DNA of 64,000 nt from positions 705,188,001 through 705,252,000 of the forward strand of contig NW_027362764.1 of the NCBI RefSeq assembly GCF_046119375.1, in the 5' to 3' direction. Positions 24,101 through 37,800 of this stretch are shown here, in pieces (position 1 is the first letter of the stretch; the number at the start of each line of letters is the position of its first letter). This stretch comes from Phyllobates terribilis. Taxonomy: Eukaryota. A program made the translations under genes and the position numbers. The notes below the pieces were generated by a model that worked only from the letters and a program-made list of their open reading frames with translations, was not told where the DNA came from and made no database searches.

Positions 24101-24611
24101 GCGTTTTTTTGCAGCAAAGTGTATGAGAAACCATAATTCTCTGTTCACGCATGTTGCTTTTTGACTGATGCATATTTTCTGCCTTGCTTGCATATTTGGA
24201 AAATAGAGCATGTCACTTCTTTCAAAGTTTTTGCACCCATACGGAAGTAATGGGTGGTGAAAAAACGCAGCAAATACGCACCAAAAAAATGCACCTACGT
24301 TTTTGCTGCGCATTTGCAGTGTTTTTGATGGCAAAATAGAATGGGATTCTTTTTTTTTCACAGATCTTTGTGTACATGCCTAAATAGAGACAGAAGGACA
24401 GTGAAAAAAAAAACACAGCAAAAAACGCAGGAAAACCTGCTTTTTGATACAGCGGTTTTCCTGCCAGAGAAAAGTTGTCAGCAAATTTAGCTGCAGAAAA
24501 AAAACACAACGTGTGTGAACAATCGCCTTAAGCTACGTTCACACACTGCGTATTTGCTGCTTTTTTTTTTTTTTTTTTTACGCGCGGGTATTTTCCGGCA
24601 GTTTTTAGGCA

Positions 24612-24643
<32 letters not shown>

Positions 24644-25000
24644 CACCTCCATTCACACACTGCGTTTTTTGCTGCGTTTTTTTACGCATGCGTTTTTTTT
24701 CTGCAGTGTACACTACAAAGACCGACAAAGTTTGTTGAAAAAAAAAAAAGTGTCATTGATGTCATTTCCTGTCTTCTCTACTGAGAAGAGATTATACACT
24801 GGAGTATACAGCATGGCTAATCTGGCAACTGCAATGGCCTCGATGAGGACACCGACATTGATGGACATTCTGTTGAAGGTGTCCATGCTCGTCACACGTG
24901 AGCAGCGGCGGGGAACCAGGAACAAAGAATCCCAAAATAGTGGGATTTCCGGTTCCTGTTTTCCCTAGGGCTGCCCCCGTGTGACGTCACATCCTTCATT

Positions 25001-26214
25001 TGACACACCCCCTGGGCCATGTGCAAGGGATACCCGGAGCCGGATCTGGATAGGGGTAGTAGTCTTTGTGGCGATGACCCGGTCCGTGCCCAGGGTGTCA
25101 AACTAAGTGGCAGTCTATGGCAGTAGATGTTAACTTGATTGTCGACTACGCCACCCGTTGAGTGCGGCTTTGACGCCGCCGCTGCAGAGCAGTCCGCTGA
25201 GGCCGGTGGTATATGTGCAGCAGTGATGGTATAACCCCCAACGGGAGGGGTATGGCCTCAGGGCAGCAGGTGTGGATGATGGGGGTTGTGATGATGCAGA
25301 AAGAAGACTCAGAGTCAGGAGATGCAGTTCAGGGTTTTTACTTACTGGTGTTCTTTTGGTCACTCTGGCCTTGAGTGACCACCCGAGCCGTGCTGCGTCC
25401 ACCAGGTCCTGGACTCGGCTAACCCCCCAGGCGATTCCGGAGCGTGGTCCTGAGCTCCCTTCTGACTCTCTCTCTCTCTCTGGCCGTTCCCACCAGGGAT
25501 CCACCCGTGTCCGGCTCCCTCGGGTCTCTTGTTGGTTGAACCTTCCCTGTCTTCCCTGACCCTATGCTCGGTGTGCCATTCTGGTGGATTTGGTGAGGGT
25601 CGTGGCAGATCCTGCCCACAACCTCCGGTTCCTGGCTAAGGTTTGTTTTGGCCTCTGCCAGCTTGGGATCCGGTACCCTTGTCCGCCAACCCTTCACCCT
25701 TTTGTCTTTATTCTGGGATCTTGGGGTTCCCTTCTTGTCTTTCTCTCTGGGTCCTTCTTTCTCCTCTCTCCTCTGCAGGCTTAGCTCTGGAGCTGGGCCC
25801 AGCCGGAGCCACAGCTCCCTGTCAGCCCTCCTGGCTGAACTCCTCTGCTCTGCTCCTCAGGCTAAAAAGACCCTGTCCTAAGATGGTGCCCACCTTATAT
25901 ACTCCCTCTATGTGTGAGCCCAGGTGACTAGCACCCAATGAGCTCCTAGCTTTACCCAGAGTACTCCCCCTATCTGCCCCTACACTACTGGGATGTTCCA
26001 CCCCCCTCCCACTCCAGCCAGGGACAGACGCTGTCGTACCTGCACATTTACTTGGTGGGAGTACCGTAGTTCTGTCCCCCGGAAATGGGATGTATGTAGT
26101 GCATGCAGCTTACTGAGCTCAGTCCCACACTCCATCCTTACCCGGGAGTGGAATACCACACCTCTGGCTTGAGGTGTAATACCCCTGTAGCAGCCGAATC
26201 CTCAGGGTGCTACA
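25001..26214 (-). mobile_element. Solo LTR (1214 bp), probably Gypsy-type
   Basis: TG...CA ends; 4-bp TSD CATT (24997-25000 and 26215-26218); minus-strand TATATAAG 25901-25894, AATAAA 25712-25707; no internal coding sequence. Confidence 0.8.
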
Positions 26215-28273
26215 CATTTCTCCTGCACCTCCGTAAAAAAACGCTGGAATTACGCAGTGTGCGAACACCGCTGCGTAATTCCATCGCTTATAATGGGCAC
26301 AATATGGGAGAAAGCGCATGTCAATTCTTTACGCAGCTGCGCTTTTGCGCTGCGTAAAACTAAACAGTGTCTGAACAGCAAAGTGAATTTCCCATTCACT
26401 TTGCCGGCAGACACAAGGCACATTGCGTATTTTGAAAAAGCGCGCAAAAATACGCATCGTGTGAACGTAACCTAAGGCTATGTACACACACGTTGTGTTT
26501 TTTTCTGCAGCTAACTTTTCTCTGGCAGGAAAACCGCTGCGTAAAAAACGCGCATATTTGCTGCGTATTTTTGACCACCCATTACTTCCTGTGGGTGAAA
26601 AACGCAGGTGCGTTTTCTGCTGCAGAAACGCTGAAAGAAGTGACATGCTCTATTTTCCAAATACGCAAGCAAGGCAGAAAATACACAGCAAACAAAAAGC
26701 AACATGTGTGAACAGAGAAGTCTGGTTGCTCATAGACTTTGCTGGTACTGGTAGAAGCAGCTGAAAATTTGCAGCAAAACACAACGTGTGTGAACATAGT
26801 GTAAATATGTCCATCAGCAAATCCTTGGATAGCTGTGTAACAGGGAAAACTTAAGGAATTGTCCTTTGGGATAGGTCATTAATATCAGATTGAGTAGGTG
26901 CCAGGTGTCAGACTGTCACCAGCTTATACCTGGAAGTGAGGGTATTGGAAGTTCACAGAATACAGTGCTGGGACCCCAGAATCATACACTGTAGTGGTTG
27001 TTCTCAGATACTGCAGCTAAGATCATATTCACTTCAATTGGTTCACAGCTGCAGTACTCGAGAACTGCCACTACACAACGTACAGACTCCTGCTGATCAG
27101 ATATTGATGATCTATTCTGGGGAAATAGCAACATCTCAGCCCTGGACAACACATGTAAATCAATACTGCAGAAAGCTCAAAAGATGTAAAAAAAAAATGT
27201 TTCTATTAAAAGATCATATGTGGTGCATATTTCTGCAACAGTCCCATTTATCACACAGTGGGACCTGTGCATGCCTTGGAAACACATTCACATTAACCCC
27301 TTTACCCCTGAATGTGGTTTGCACGTTAATGAACAGCCCAAATTTTTACAATTCTGACCACTGTCACTTTATGAGGTAATAACTCTGGAACGCTTCAACG
27401 GATCCCACTGAGTTTTTTTTTCGTGACATATTGTACTTTATGATAGTGGTAAAATTTCTTCGATCTGACTTGCGTTCCTTTATGAAAAAAAATGGAAAAT
27501 TTTGAAATATTCAAACTCTTAATTTTCAAGCCCTTAAATCAGAGAGATGTGTCACACAAAATATTTACTAAACAACATTTCCCACATCAGCACAATTTTA
27601 TAGCCAAAATTTGTTTTTCTTAGGAAGTTATAAGGGTTAAAAAGTTGACCAGCGATTTCTCCAACAAAATTTACAAAACCATTTCTTTTTTTTTTTTATA
27701 GCGACCACATCACATTTGAAGTGACTGAGGGGCCTTTATGACAGAACATACCCAAAAGTGACACCATTCTAAAAACTGCACCCCTCATGGTGTTCAAAAA
27801 CACATTCAAGAACTTTATTAACCCTTCAGGTGCTTCACAGGAATTTTTGGAATGTGGAAGAAAAAAAATGAACATTTAACCTTTTCTTTTCTTCACAAAA
27901 ATGTTACTTTAGACCCAATTTTTTTTTTCACAAGGGTAACAAGAAAAAATGGACCACAAAATTTGTTGTGCAATTTCTTCTGAGCACACCGATACTCCAT
28001 ATGTGGGGGAAAACCACTGTTTGGGCGCACAGCGGGGAAGGAGCGCCATTTGACTTTTTGAATGTAAAATTTGCTTGAATAATTAGCGGACCCCATGTCA
28101 CGTTTGGGGAGCCCCTGCTGTGCCTAAACAGTGGAAACAGCCCACAAGTGACACCATTTTGGAAACTAGACCCCTCAAGGATTTTATCAAAGGGTATAAT
28201 GAACATTTTGAACCCAGAGGTACGACACAGAATTTGATAACATTAGGTCATGATATTGAATAAGTTGTCATTA

Positions 28274-28583
28274 GTCTTGAGCGCAATTGCTCGCTACTTG
28301 AGTTTGCATCGGGTACTCAGGTATGCACCATGTATTGCGGGTGCTCGAGTGATATGCTCAAGTTCCCGGCCGCATGTTTCACGATTGTTAGACAAAAAAA
28401 ATAAAATAACATACAGGGATTGCCCGTGCATGGCAGGCAATCCCCGCATGTTCTTTTTGGCTGTGTAACAGCCGTGAAACATATGGGGCGGAGACTCGAG
28501 CATGTCACTCCAGCACCCGCAATACATGGTGCATACCTGAGTACCTGATGCAAACTCAAGTAGCGAGCTCTTATGCTCAACAC
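28274..28583. mobile_element. TA-flanked palindromic MITE, unclassified
   Basis: TA|GTCTTGAGC...GCTCAACAC|TA; about 120-bp inverted arms. Confidence 0.7.
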
Positions 28584-29721
28584 TAGTCGCCATAGCATCA
28601 TTATTATTTTTTTTCTCTTTACTTTTGAAAAAATCCCAACCCAACACACCCCTGCGATCTTTGGGAGGCAGAATGAACAAATCAGAAGCAGGTGAAGAAC
28701 TGGTTTTATTTATTTTTTTACACCGTTCCTCGCGCTGTATAAGTGATTAGACGACTTTATTCTTCAGGTTGGTGCAATTACAGAGATACCGGATTTATAT
28801 TGGGGTTTTTATGTTTGGTTGCTGTCACACTAAGAAACGTTTTTTTGTTTTTTTTGGGGGGGGTGGGGGGCGACTTTCTTTTTTTACCGGATTCATCGCT
28901 TTTATAGCATAGGGATGCAGCAGCATCCCTATGCTATGCGGGCTGTCAGCGCTGCACTGACAAGTTAGATAGATCATGCACTGCACATGATCTAACTAAT
29001 TTGCTGGTGCCTGGTGACCCGGATGTCGTCATGACGACATCAAGTCACCATGGCAACGATCGGACCCCACGATGACGTCGTGGGGTCTCCGATCCAAGGT
29101 AAGATGGGCTGTCTTATCTCTGCCTGCTCCCGAAATTCTGCAATCAAAGTTAATTTGCCAGGACTGCTCCTGGCACAGTGTCAGAATCAGCGGCGATGGC
29201 CATGTTGTAATCAGGGGCGGACCTACCGCCCGTGCAGCCGGTTCATTGAACGGGGGCCCCTGAGGGAGAGGGGGCCCCTCCAGCAGGGCAGCCATCAGGG
29301 CAATCATGCCCTGACTCCAGCATGGGCCCGGCCGGTCGGGGCCCCCCTCTTGCGCGTCTCCTCATGGGGCCCCCCTGCCGTCACATGACCGGAGATGTCC
29401 CTGCGCTCAGCATGGGCCCCCGGCCCCACGCTGAGCACAGAGTCATCTCCGGTCATGTGACGGCGCCGGCACAATGCTTACCCCTCCCCGTGCCTCCGCA
29501 GAGTCTTCCGCATCCTCTGACTGACGTCTCAGGTCAGAGGGCGCGGTGATGTCTTTACACCGCGTGCCCTCTCTCCTGACCTGTCACAGTGCAGAGCGGG
29601 AAGACGTGGGCGACGCTGGAGTCCGGAGCAGCGCAAGCAGCAGGTAAGAAGTGAGGTGAGTATTGGATTTTTTTATTTTTTTCATGCATGGGGACATTAT
29701 AAGGAGGGGGGGGTAGAGGTG

Positions 29722-29830
29722 ACATTCTGCATGGAGCGTTACATGGCGGTCAGCATTCTGCATGGAGCGTTACATGGGGGTCAGCATTCTGCATGGAGCG
29801 TTACATGGGGGTCAGAATTCTGCATGGAGC
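29722..29830. repeat. 31-bp tandem repeat, about 3.5 copies
   Basis: Unit CATTCTGCATGGAGCGTTACATGGGGGTCAG. Confidence 0.85.
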
Positions 29831-30001
29831 ATTTTATCGGGGCCAGTATTCTGTATGCAGTGTTATATGGGGACCAGTTTCCTGTATGGAGGACTATACT
29901 GTCTGGTCTGCACTGTGCGCTGTGAGGATTCGCCGGTTTCTGAGCTATTGAGGAATTTACAATAGATATCGCTCATGTAATGTAAGAAGTGAAATCCTTG
30001 G

Positions 30002-30002
<1 letters not shown>

Positions 30003-30083
<81 letters not shown>
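30003..30083. repeat. (TA)n microsatellite, about 40 units
   Basis: Directly visible. Confidence 0.99.
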
Positions 30084-30089
<6 letters not shown>

Positions 30090-31819
30090 GGTATCTGTGT
30101 ATCATGAATCATGGTATGTGTTAAAGGGGCCCACAAAAACCTGGAGCCGGCCCTGGGGGTAAGTAGAACAAGTTTTATTTTTTTTAAATACAATTAATTA
30201 ACTAAGAGTGGGGTGAATCAGAGATGCACGGGGGGGGGGGGGGGCCTTCATGCCCCCTATGAAGGGCGGGGGCAAAAATTCTTGCACAGGGGCCCACTAC
30301 AGTCTGTGTCCGCCCCTGGTTGTAATAATACGTACCTGGTCCATAAGGCCCAGGGATGTATCATTACGTAGTATGTCAGAAAGGGTTTAAAGGGAACCTG
30401 TCAGCTGACACATGCTGCGAAAACCGTGGACAGCACATATCAGGCCCTGCTTGTACGATCACAGCCATGTATGCTTTACTCTGAAATGCCGCAGGGGACT
30501 GTGTTGCATGGGAGATTAGTCAGACAGGCGGTCCCCGGTGGCTTCTCCCCACCCACTGACAAGCCTGTCTTTACAAATGGATAATATCTGTTTGGTTGTG
30601 CACCATACAAAAAAAAAAAAAAAAAAACACACACACCATAAACCCTAAAATAATACTTCTAAAAACTACAACTTGCCGTGTAGCCAAACAAGCCCTCATA
30701 CGGCGAGGGAAGAGAGAAAAAAAAAAAAAAAAAAAAAGTTATAACCCTTTCCCAGCAGACATCCTACTCTAACAAAAGCGGCAGGATCTACGGTAGCTCC
30801 AAACGCTGCAATTAACCCATTCAATGCTGCTCTCAGTCTCTGACAGCATCATCCAACATCAGGCCCTCCAGGTGACGTACTGTTACAGGTCTCAGAAAAT
30901 GGTGACAATTTTTTTTTGACCACTTTAAAAAAAACTAACAAAAAACACTATACAGCTTTGTTCACAAGTTGCGTTTTTTCTTTTTTTTCAAATGCATTTA
31001 TGCAAATTTTCAGCTGCGTTTTACAGTTCCAGCAAAGTCTATGAGATTTCAGAAATCTCATGCACACAACTTTTTTTTTTTCCCCCTGTTTTGTCAGAGT
31101 TGTGTTTTTGCAAAAATGCAGCCGGTCACTTCTAGTTCTTTCAGCGTTTTTAACTCATTGAAAGCAATGAAAAAAAAAAAAACACCACAGCAAAAACTCA
31201 TCAAAACCTGCTTTTTTGACATTGCTTCTTTATTGCCAAGAGAGCAGGTTTCGCCTGCGGGTGAAAAAAAAAAAAAAAACGCAATGTGTGAACAAAACCT
31301 ACAAAGTTCAGCTTCGCCGTCACCATCCTACTCTTTTTTTTTTTACCACAATAAAAAAAAGACAGAAATTTTGTTTTTCCTCCCCATTTGTTTAATTTGG
31401 AATTGTTATCGCTATTCAGTACATTATACGGTAAAATGAACTGGGACAAAGTACAAAAAAAATATATATTTTTTTTTTCCCCCATACGGCGATGTTGATG
31501 GAAAAATTAAAGCTATGGATCTTGGAAGGAGGGGGAAGAAAAAACAAAAGCGCAAAAATAAAAAATGGTTGTAAATATCTATATCTCAAACATGAAGACA
31601 TATGGACCCTTCTGTAATAAGCCTGGCAGCTGTCCTGTCACTACAACTCCCAGCATTCCCTCCATATGTCACCTTCAGTCCGTGCAGGAAACTCCAGCAG
31701 CCGGCCTCATACTTCTCCTCCATAATAAACTATCGTCTGCAGGAAGCAGACAGCAAAGATGGCAGAAGCTGGTCAGTGGCAGCCGCTGTCACACAGGAAT
31801 AACACGGCAGTCCCCTCAC

Positions 31820-32020
31820 CACACTAATGAGCCAAGGACATGCCAGCCTCCCTATGGCAACGCCAATCCGGCGCCTGTGGCTACTGCGCTCTCTATGGGA
31901 ACTGCGAGCCACAAGCGGCAGCTTTCCCTCACACACCTTCAAATCGCCCGCCATTCCCAACCGCCACCACCTGAGGAGGCGCGGGAGCGCGCAGCGAGCT
32001 GGGGGCGCGCATGGGCTCAG
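31820..32020 (-). promoter_or_regulatory. FBXO43: Candidate FBXO43 promoter and non-coding exon 1
   Basis: CpG-rich and not obviously repeat-derived; minus-strand GGCGG-GCGA-TTTGAA (CDE/CHR, 31952-31938); CCTATGGCAAC X-box half-site 31851-31861; CCAAT 31863-31867; possible donor GTG|GTGAGG at 31819. Confidence 0.5.
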
Positions 32021-32407
32021 AGCAGTGAGGAGGAAAGGTCTCCTGAAAGTGCAGCTGTACCAAGCATGGGGTGGGATGGGGGTCTCAGCACCGGGCAGGA
32101 CCTCCACCAATTAAATAAAGAGTTTACATTTATCTTTTTCAATTCTCTTAATATCCACATCTAAAGCCGCAACCAAAACATAGATTTTGCAGCAGATTTT
32201 ATTTATTCCTTTTTTCTAGGGGTAGGGGAGCAAATTCAACTTTTTTATGTCAAGCGTAAAACACTTTAGAAAAAATTGCAATCATTTTTGCGACTTTCGG
32301 CATCTCCAGTTTGAAGCCGCTCTGCCAAAATGGGCAAAAATTAAGCAAAAGCGACAACATTTATTACAACCAGAGTTTGAGAAGGTTTTTGGGAGCAGAA
32401 ACCTATA

Positions 32408-32441
<34 letters not shown>

Positions 32442-32804
32442 TTTTTCTGCGTGTCCTCAGTGTTTGGTCAGTTTTTCCCACCAGTGATTTTCTAATTTTC
32501 TCATGGAGAAATATATAGTTTCTCCTGTGCATTACAGGGTTAATAACGGATGGCGCACTGATACCATCTGCGACACATAGGGGGCGATTCTCTCACTATT
32601 TTTGATGAGGGTACCTGTGGGAGCCATCGCTCCCGAGTCATCGGCACATGCCTCAGGCAAGGCGCATAGTGGCCCCCGTCCTGCCTGATCTCTGCCCACT
32701 TTGTTAAAGCTCGACGAAAACAGCATAAGTTGCATATTTCTTGCGCAAAAACATAGCAACTTTTTAAAGCTTTTTTTCTTAATCAATGTGGACAATATTC
32801 TTAA

Positions 32805-33356
32805 AGGGGTTGTCCAGTACTTATTACCCCACCCCCAAAATATATATTCCCCCGGGGCCCATAAGGATTTTTGTAATTACCTTACGTTGCAGATACTGCC
32901 TGTGAGCGGCGCTATCACTGGCATCTCGTGACCCCCGGCTGCAGCCGGCTCTGACATCCGCTTGTCACGACAAGTGCTGGCAGCAGCCGGGGGTCTTTGT
33001 CTTGCTCGTTCCAGGTGGATGCCAGGCTGTGGGCGGGGTTACCCCCCCCCCCCCACGCATCACACCTGCCATCCACCGCGCGCTCTGCCTCTCCCCATTC
33101 ATTGGGAAAGCGCGCGGTGGATGACGGGTGTGACGCGGGGGGTAACCCTGCCCACAACCCAGCAGCCACCGCAGGGACCCCAGGGCAGAGTCACGCCTCA
33201 CTTGTCGTGATGTCAGCGCGGTGTCACGTGATGCCTGTGAGCGGCCAGCAATAATATCTGTGAGCGGCGCTATCAGCAACGTAAGGTAGTTACAAAAAGT
33301 CTTAGGGATACATTGGGTGGTGGTGGGGGGGTAATATAAAGTACTATACAACTTCT
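32805..33356. mobile_element. T2/Kolobok MITE
   Basis: TTAA at 32801-32804 and 33357-33360; AGGGGTTGTCCAGTAC terminus; inverted arms. Confidence 0.8.
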
Positions 33357-34386
33357 TTAACATAAGGCCAAATTCACACATCACTTTTTTGCTCATACAG
33401 AAAAAAATATAAAAAAAACATGGACGGCGCACACATACTCGCAGGAGGTTCGGAAACCTCCAGTTTGGAGGCAAAACCTGGATAGTATAAAACACACAGC
33501 CCAAATCTGATATACAAAACAATATTTTTCTCCTAGCCTGTGCTGTATGGATGTGTTATTGAGGCTGTATGATGAAGTGAAACAGTATTTTAGTTCATCA
33601 TCTGCTGCGCACAATATATTGCCCACAATCTGGGAATATGGTGAAGGTTTAAGTGCTCACTGCTGCTTCTGTGAGGAAAAGGAGCAGCAATAATTAAAAG
33701 GTGTTCTCTGGTGTCTCAGTTCTGCATCAGAAGGTGAGTCGCGGATGATATTACGTCAACAGGATCCTGCCAGGATACATGCGCGCACCAAGACACAACA
33801 TATTGAGAGACGATGGAGAACCCCTTTAGAGTATGTGCACACTGTTTTGAGCTGCCTGCGCCCCGACGCAGCAGGATAGCCGGCAGCAGCTTCCGCTCAT
33901 TTTGTGCAAATGAGCGGGGCCAAATTTTTATTTCCACCTAGGCGGATTTTCCCCCTAGAGGATAGGTCTATGGGGAAAGCCCGCATGCGGACCCGCCAGA
34001 GAAATTAACATGCTGCGGTCTGGAAAGACATGTCAGTCTCCGCGGGTGTGCCGTAGATGCATAGTGTACATGGGATTTTTACAAATCCCATCCACTATGC
34101 TGTAACAGCTGGCAGCTGCGGGTGTGACGTGGCATAACACGCAGTGTCCAATCCACAGTGGCTCCTGACCGTGGGAACATACCTCTTTGCCTCAGGCTGA
34201 TGTCCATTTTTCACATACTTATTCTGTCAGTGACTTTCACGGATAGTCTGAGTCTATGGGGCTGTTTATGTTCTTTTTTTTTTGCAAACAGTGTGCACAA
34301 ATCACAAAGACATGTCTGGGTTGTTTTTTTTTTTACCAACATTACAGATAAAAAGTACCAATTCAAGTTACGGACAGCACATGGAT

Positions 34387-34897
34387 CAGGGGTATACTTA
34401 CAATAGGTGCAGGGGTTACAATCGCACCTGGGCACTGGAGCCGAGGGGCCCCAAAAGTCCCTTTGGCCAATATGAAAAGACCAATATAATTAGGGTATGC
34501 GCGCACCATCAGTATTTGCTTGCAGAAATTTCTGCAGCGTTTCATGCTAGATTCTGCACCTCTTGGCAGCAAAAATGTTGCTGAAATTACGCAGCGTTTT
34601 TGCCATGCCTTTTTTCCAATGCACTGTATAGGAAAAACGCAGGCAAATCCTCAAAGAATGGACATGCTGCTTGTTTAAAAGCACTAAAATTCTGTCAGGA
34701 AAATTCCTGATCATGTGCACAGATCTTGCAAATTCTAAAAGAAAATGCTGGGTTAAGGTTTGCAATGCATTTTTTGGGGCCAATTCCACGTAGATTTACC
34801 GCATCAAAAACGCATCGTGTGCATTAGAGATTTGCAATAATTGGGGGCCCCGTTGGAGATTTGCATTGGGGCCCATGAGCTTCAGGTTACACCACTG
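34387..34897. mobile_element. hAT-type MITE with a nested Harbinger-like MITE (about 34492-34820)
   Basis: CAGGGG...CCACTG termini; TSD ACATGGAT/TCATGGAT. Confidence 0.7.
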
Positions 34898-37800
34898 TCA
34901 TGGATGGTATCGGTGTGGTGTCCATGAGTCACACTGCAACGGGTAGAAGAAGCTTTGTCATTTATTTTTTTTTCCGTACATGAAAATCTAATGAATACCC
35001 AATAGTAGAAACCGACCAAACACTGATGAAAGCTGGATCAAAAAAAAAACCACTGATAATACTTGGACCTTTTTTTTTTTTTTTTTTTTTTTTGCATATG
35101 TGAAGAAATACAGACATCTGAATGATATGTTTTCCAGACCAGGGCAAATTTTTTTGCAAGCACTGTAACATGTCAAATCAGTGGATTCGGCTCTGCTTGT
35201 TGGTTTGAGCATTCATCACGTGATCGCAAGTATGGGAATTACATACATGTAGTCAAGTGTCGATCCTGCTTGTGTCAATAATAGGGAGGTGGCCACTTAA
35301 ATTTGCTTGTCTATTACTTGAAAAGGAGCTGATCTGCAGGAGACAATTACAGTTGATCAATTAGGGTGACTTATCGTGCTCCCCTTCAATCTAGTATTGA
35401 TGACTTAAGGATCAACTTCAATGTAGTGAAAAACCCAGGGTCAGACGAGTGTATAAAAATGCGTCCATTTTTCATCTATAGGTGTTTGTTTTTTTTTTCC
35501 CCACATCCGTATGGCTTCTGTTTTATAAATACAATATCTTAAAATTGTTTATAGTCCAAAAACAGCTTTCTGTGTTAAATAATTGCAATGCATCTGGAAA
35601 ATCAGATTCCGTACGGATGGTAAAGACACAAAAACAAAAAAAAACACATAACTGATCAGACTAGTGAATTTTTTTTTTTTTTTCCCCTTCATATGAAAAA
35701 AAAAAAATAAATAATAATTCACAAGTGCCCAATGGGACCAACAAACGGGTGGATTTATAGAAATCTCCTGCCCACTGTGCTTTTTTACGCAGCATAAGCT
35801 GACCTGTGGGGCGTGTTTGGAATCCGCAGCATGTCAATTTCTCTTGCTGGTACGTGGAGTTGTGTGTGTGAAATGTTCCCATAGATTTGCAATAGAAGCG
35901 GAAATTCCGCAGGTAAAAAACGCACAGGAGTTTAAAGTGAGTTTCTGGGGCGGAAATGCACACATTAAATGCACACATACATACGTAATTCTCACCCAAG
36001 TATGTCAATGCCAAATACCATGAACACCAAGCAGAGACAAAACCTGCAACATCAAATACGTGATAAAAACGCATGTAAAAAAGACGCACACAAATGCAAT
36101 AACAAAAAAAAAAAAAACACACAAGTAACCCAACAAATGCAGAAACGGTGCAGAAAATCTTCAACATCAAAAGCTCATCGTGGGAACATAGCCTTATAGG
36201 GCTCATGAGAGAAAAATTATCTGAGACTGAAAAACCTGCTGTCCAGTCCTCGGGAGAGGCTATCAATCTTTTACCATTGTGGGTTTAACCTCCCATCCCT
36301 CATTTACCAGCATAATAAAGTCATGGAAAACAAGGCAACACGTATATATCAAATGTATGGATATGGGCGGTTTTCACTCTTTTTTCATCAGAGACATTTA
36401 CTCCATCAAACAATATAAATGAGTTAGTTTGAGCAGTGATGTTTTGCAGACCTGCATATCCATAGGCCTTTCGTCACCTGAAGTCTTCTCCAGCAAATAA
36501 AACAGAATCTATTCCTGAGCCAACAATCTAGGAAAAGTGAGGCATCAACAACCTGCAATTACTAATTAGCCTGGCACTGCTAATTAACCTAGTTTCACAT
36601 TAGTAAGTATCACAGGTCACATGATTTTTTACTTCCTTTTGGTACAGAGCGTCCATTGATTATTTCCAGACAACTAGACGTTCAATAGGGTTGTTTTTTT
36701 TTTTACTTTTGTTTTTAAAGCAGAAAGTGATTTATCTTAGATGGGATGAACCATAGCTAGTACTATAGCATTCTGAGAAGGTAGGTTCATGCAAGGCAAA
36801 GAATTTTCTAGAAAAAAATAGCATCAAAAATCTTAAGCATTTTTTATATTTCTTTCTTATAACTTTTTTTTTTACTTTGGGGAGTTTTTTTTAAAAAAAA
36901 ATCTGTGCTTATTTTCAGACAAAAACTTATCAAGCAGAAAAAGAAATAAAGGACAAATACTCATTGTGGGAAAGGCAGAAGAAAGTGTTTTTTCTTTTTA
37001 GTACAATCACAGAATCATCTTGACTTTATTTCACCGGACAACCCTCTTATTACTGTTCGGTGGACGGCCAACTGCTGGGATCTGAACGATTTGGCAGAAG
37101 GGGATATTTTTATTCCCGATGGGGCAATTATACCGGTTACAAAATGGAGCAACCGGTCAGATGTTCACCGCCGCTCCATTCATTCATGGGACTGTTGGAA
37201 AAAGACGTGCACAGGGCTCAGCAACCAAATAGGGAATGAATGAAGCGGTAGTCGGGCATGCACACTGCTGCTTCAGCCTCAAAGGGATAAAATTGCCCTG
37301 TTCTGTCGATCGGGTGTGAGTCTTATCAATCTGACCCCCCCCCCCCCCCCCGATTACTTCTACATTGCTCATTGCCTGAGCAGTCCACATATTGCTCTGC
37401 ATTGATGTTCTAAAATGTCAATGCAGTGTAATCATCTTGTATAAGATGGAGCAGCTGTCAGACACCCCAGAAAGGAGAAATATGGTTTATTACCGTGTTT
37501 ACCTTCTCGATCTCTGTATGCACAGAGCTGAACCAGTACTTGTGTATACAGATTAGCCTTCGGACCCAGTGGTCATAAGATTGCAGGGTGTAAGAAAAGA
37601 GCAGACGCTGCAGTGTCAGACCCAGACACTTCTGCTATGCAGGCAGGAAGCTGAAATTCCCCTGTAACTTGGGCTAATATATCAACCCCAATTACAGGGA
37701 AAATAAGCAATAAAAAGAATGTATTAATATGTTAAATTGCACCCCTAAATATCTTTTAAGACACAGGGCCCGGTTCATCAAAGCTTTTACTCCCGTAAAA

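Larger units (their letters stand above)
29212..30318. mobile_element. Non-autonomous hAT element
   Basis: 11-bp TIR CAGGGGCGGAC; perfect 8-bp TSD GTTGTAAT (29204-29211 and 30319-30326). Confidence 0.9.
27297..30386. mobile_element. Non-autonomous piggyBac-like element carrying nested insertions
   Basis: TTAA|CCCCTTT at the left end, AAAGGGT|TTAA at the right end; sequence is continuous across the nested hAT TSD. Confidence 0.6.

Noticed and set aside
29863-30193. IY-repeat ORFs
   Set aside because: Translation of a (TA)n microsatellite
31565-32164. 199-aa plus-strand ORF
   Set aside because: No recognisable domain or exon structure; lies over a GC-rich promoter-like region where stops are rare
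34995-36400. Hammerhead ribozyme-like CTGATGA/GAAA words (about 35023 plus; about 36390 minus)
   Set aside because: No pairing for stems II and III could be drawn; an Infernal or RNAMotif search would settle it
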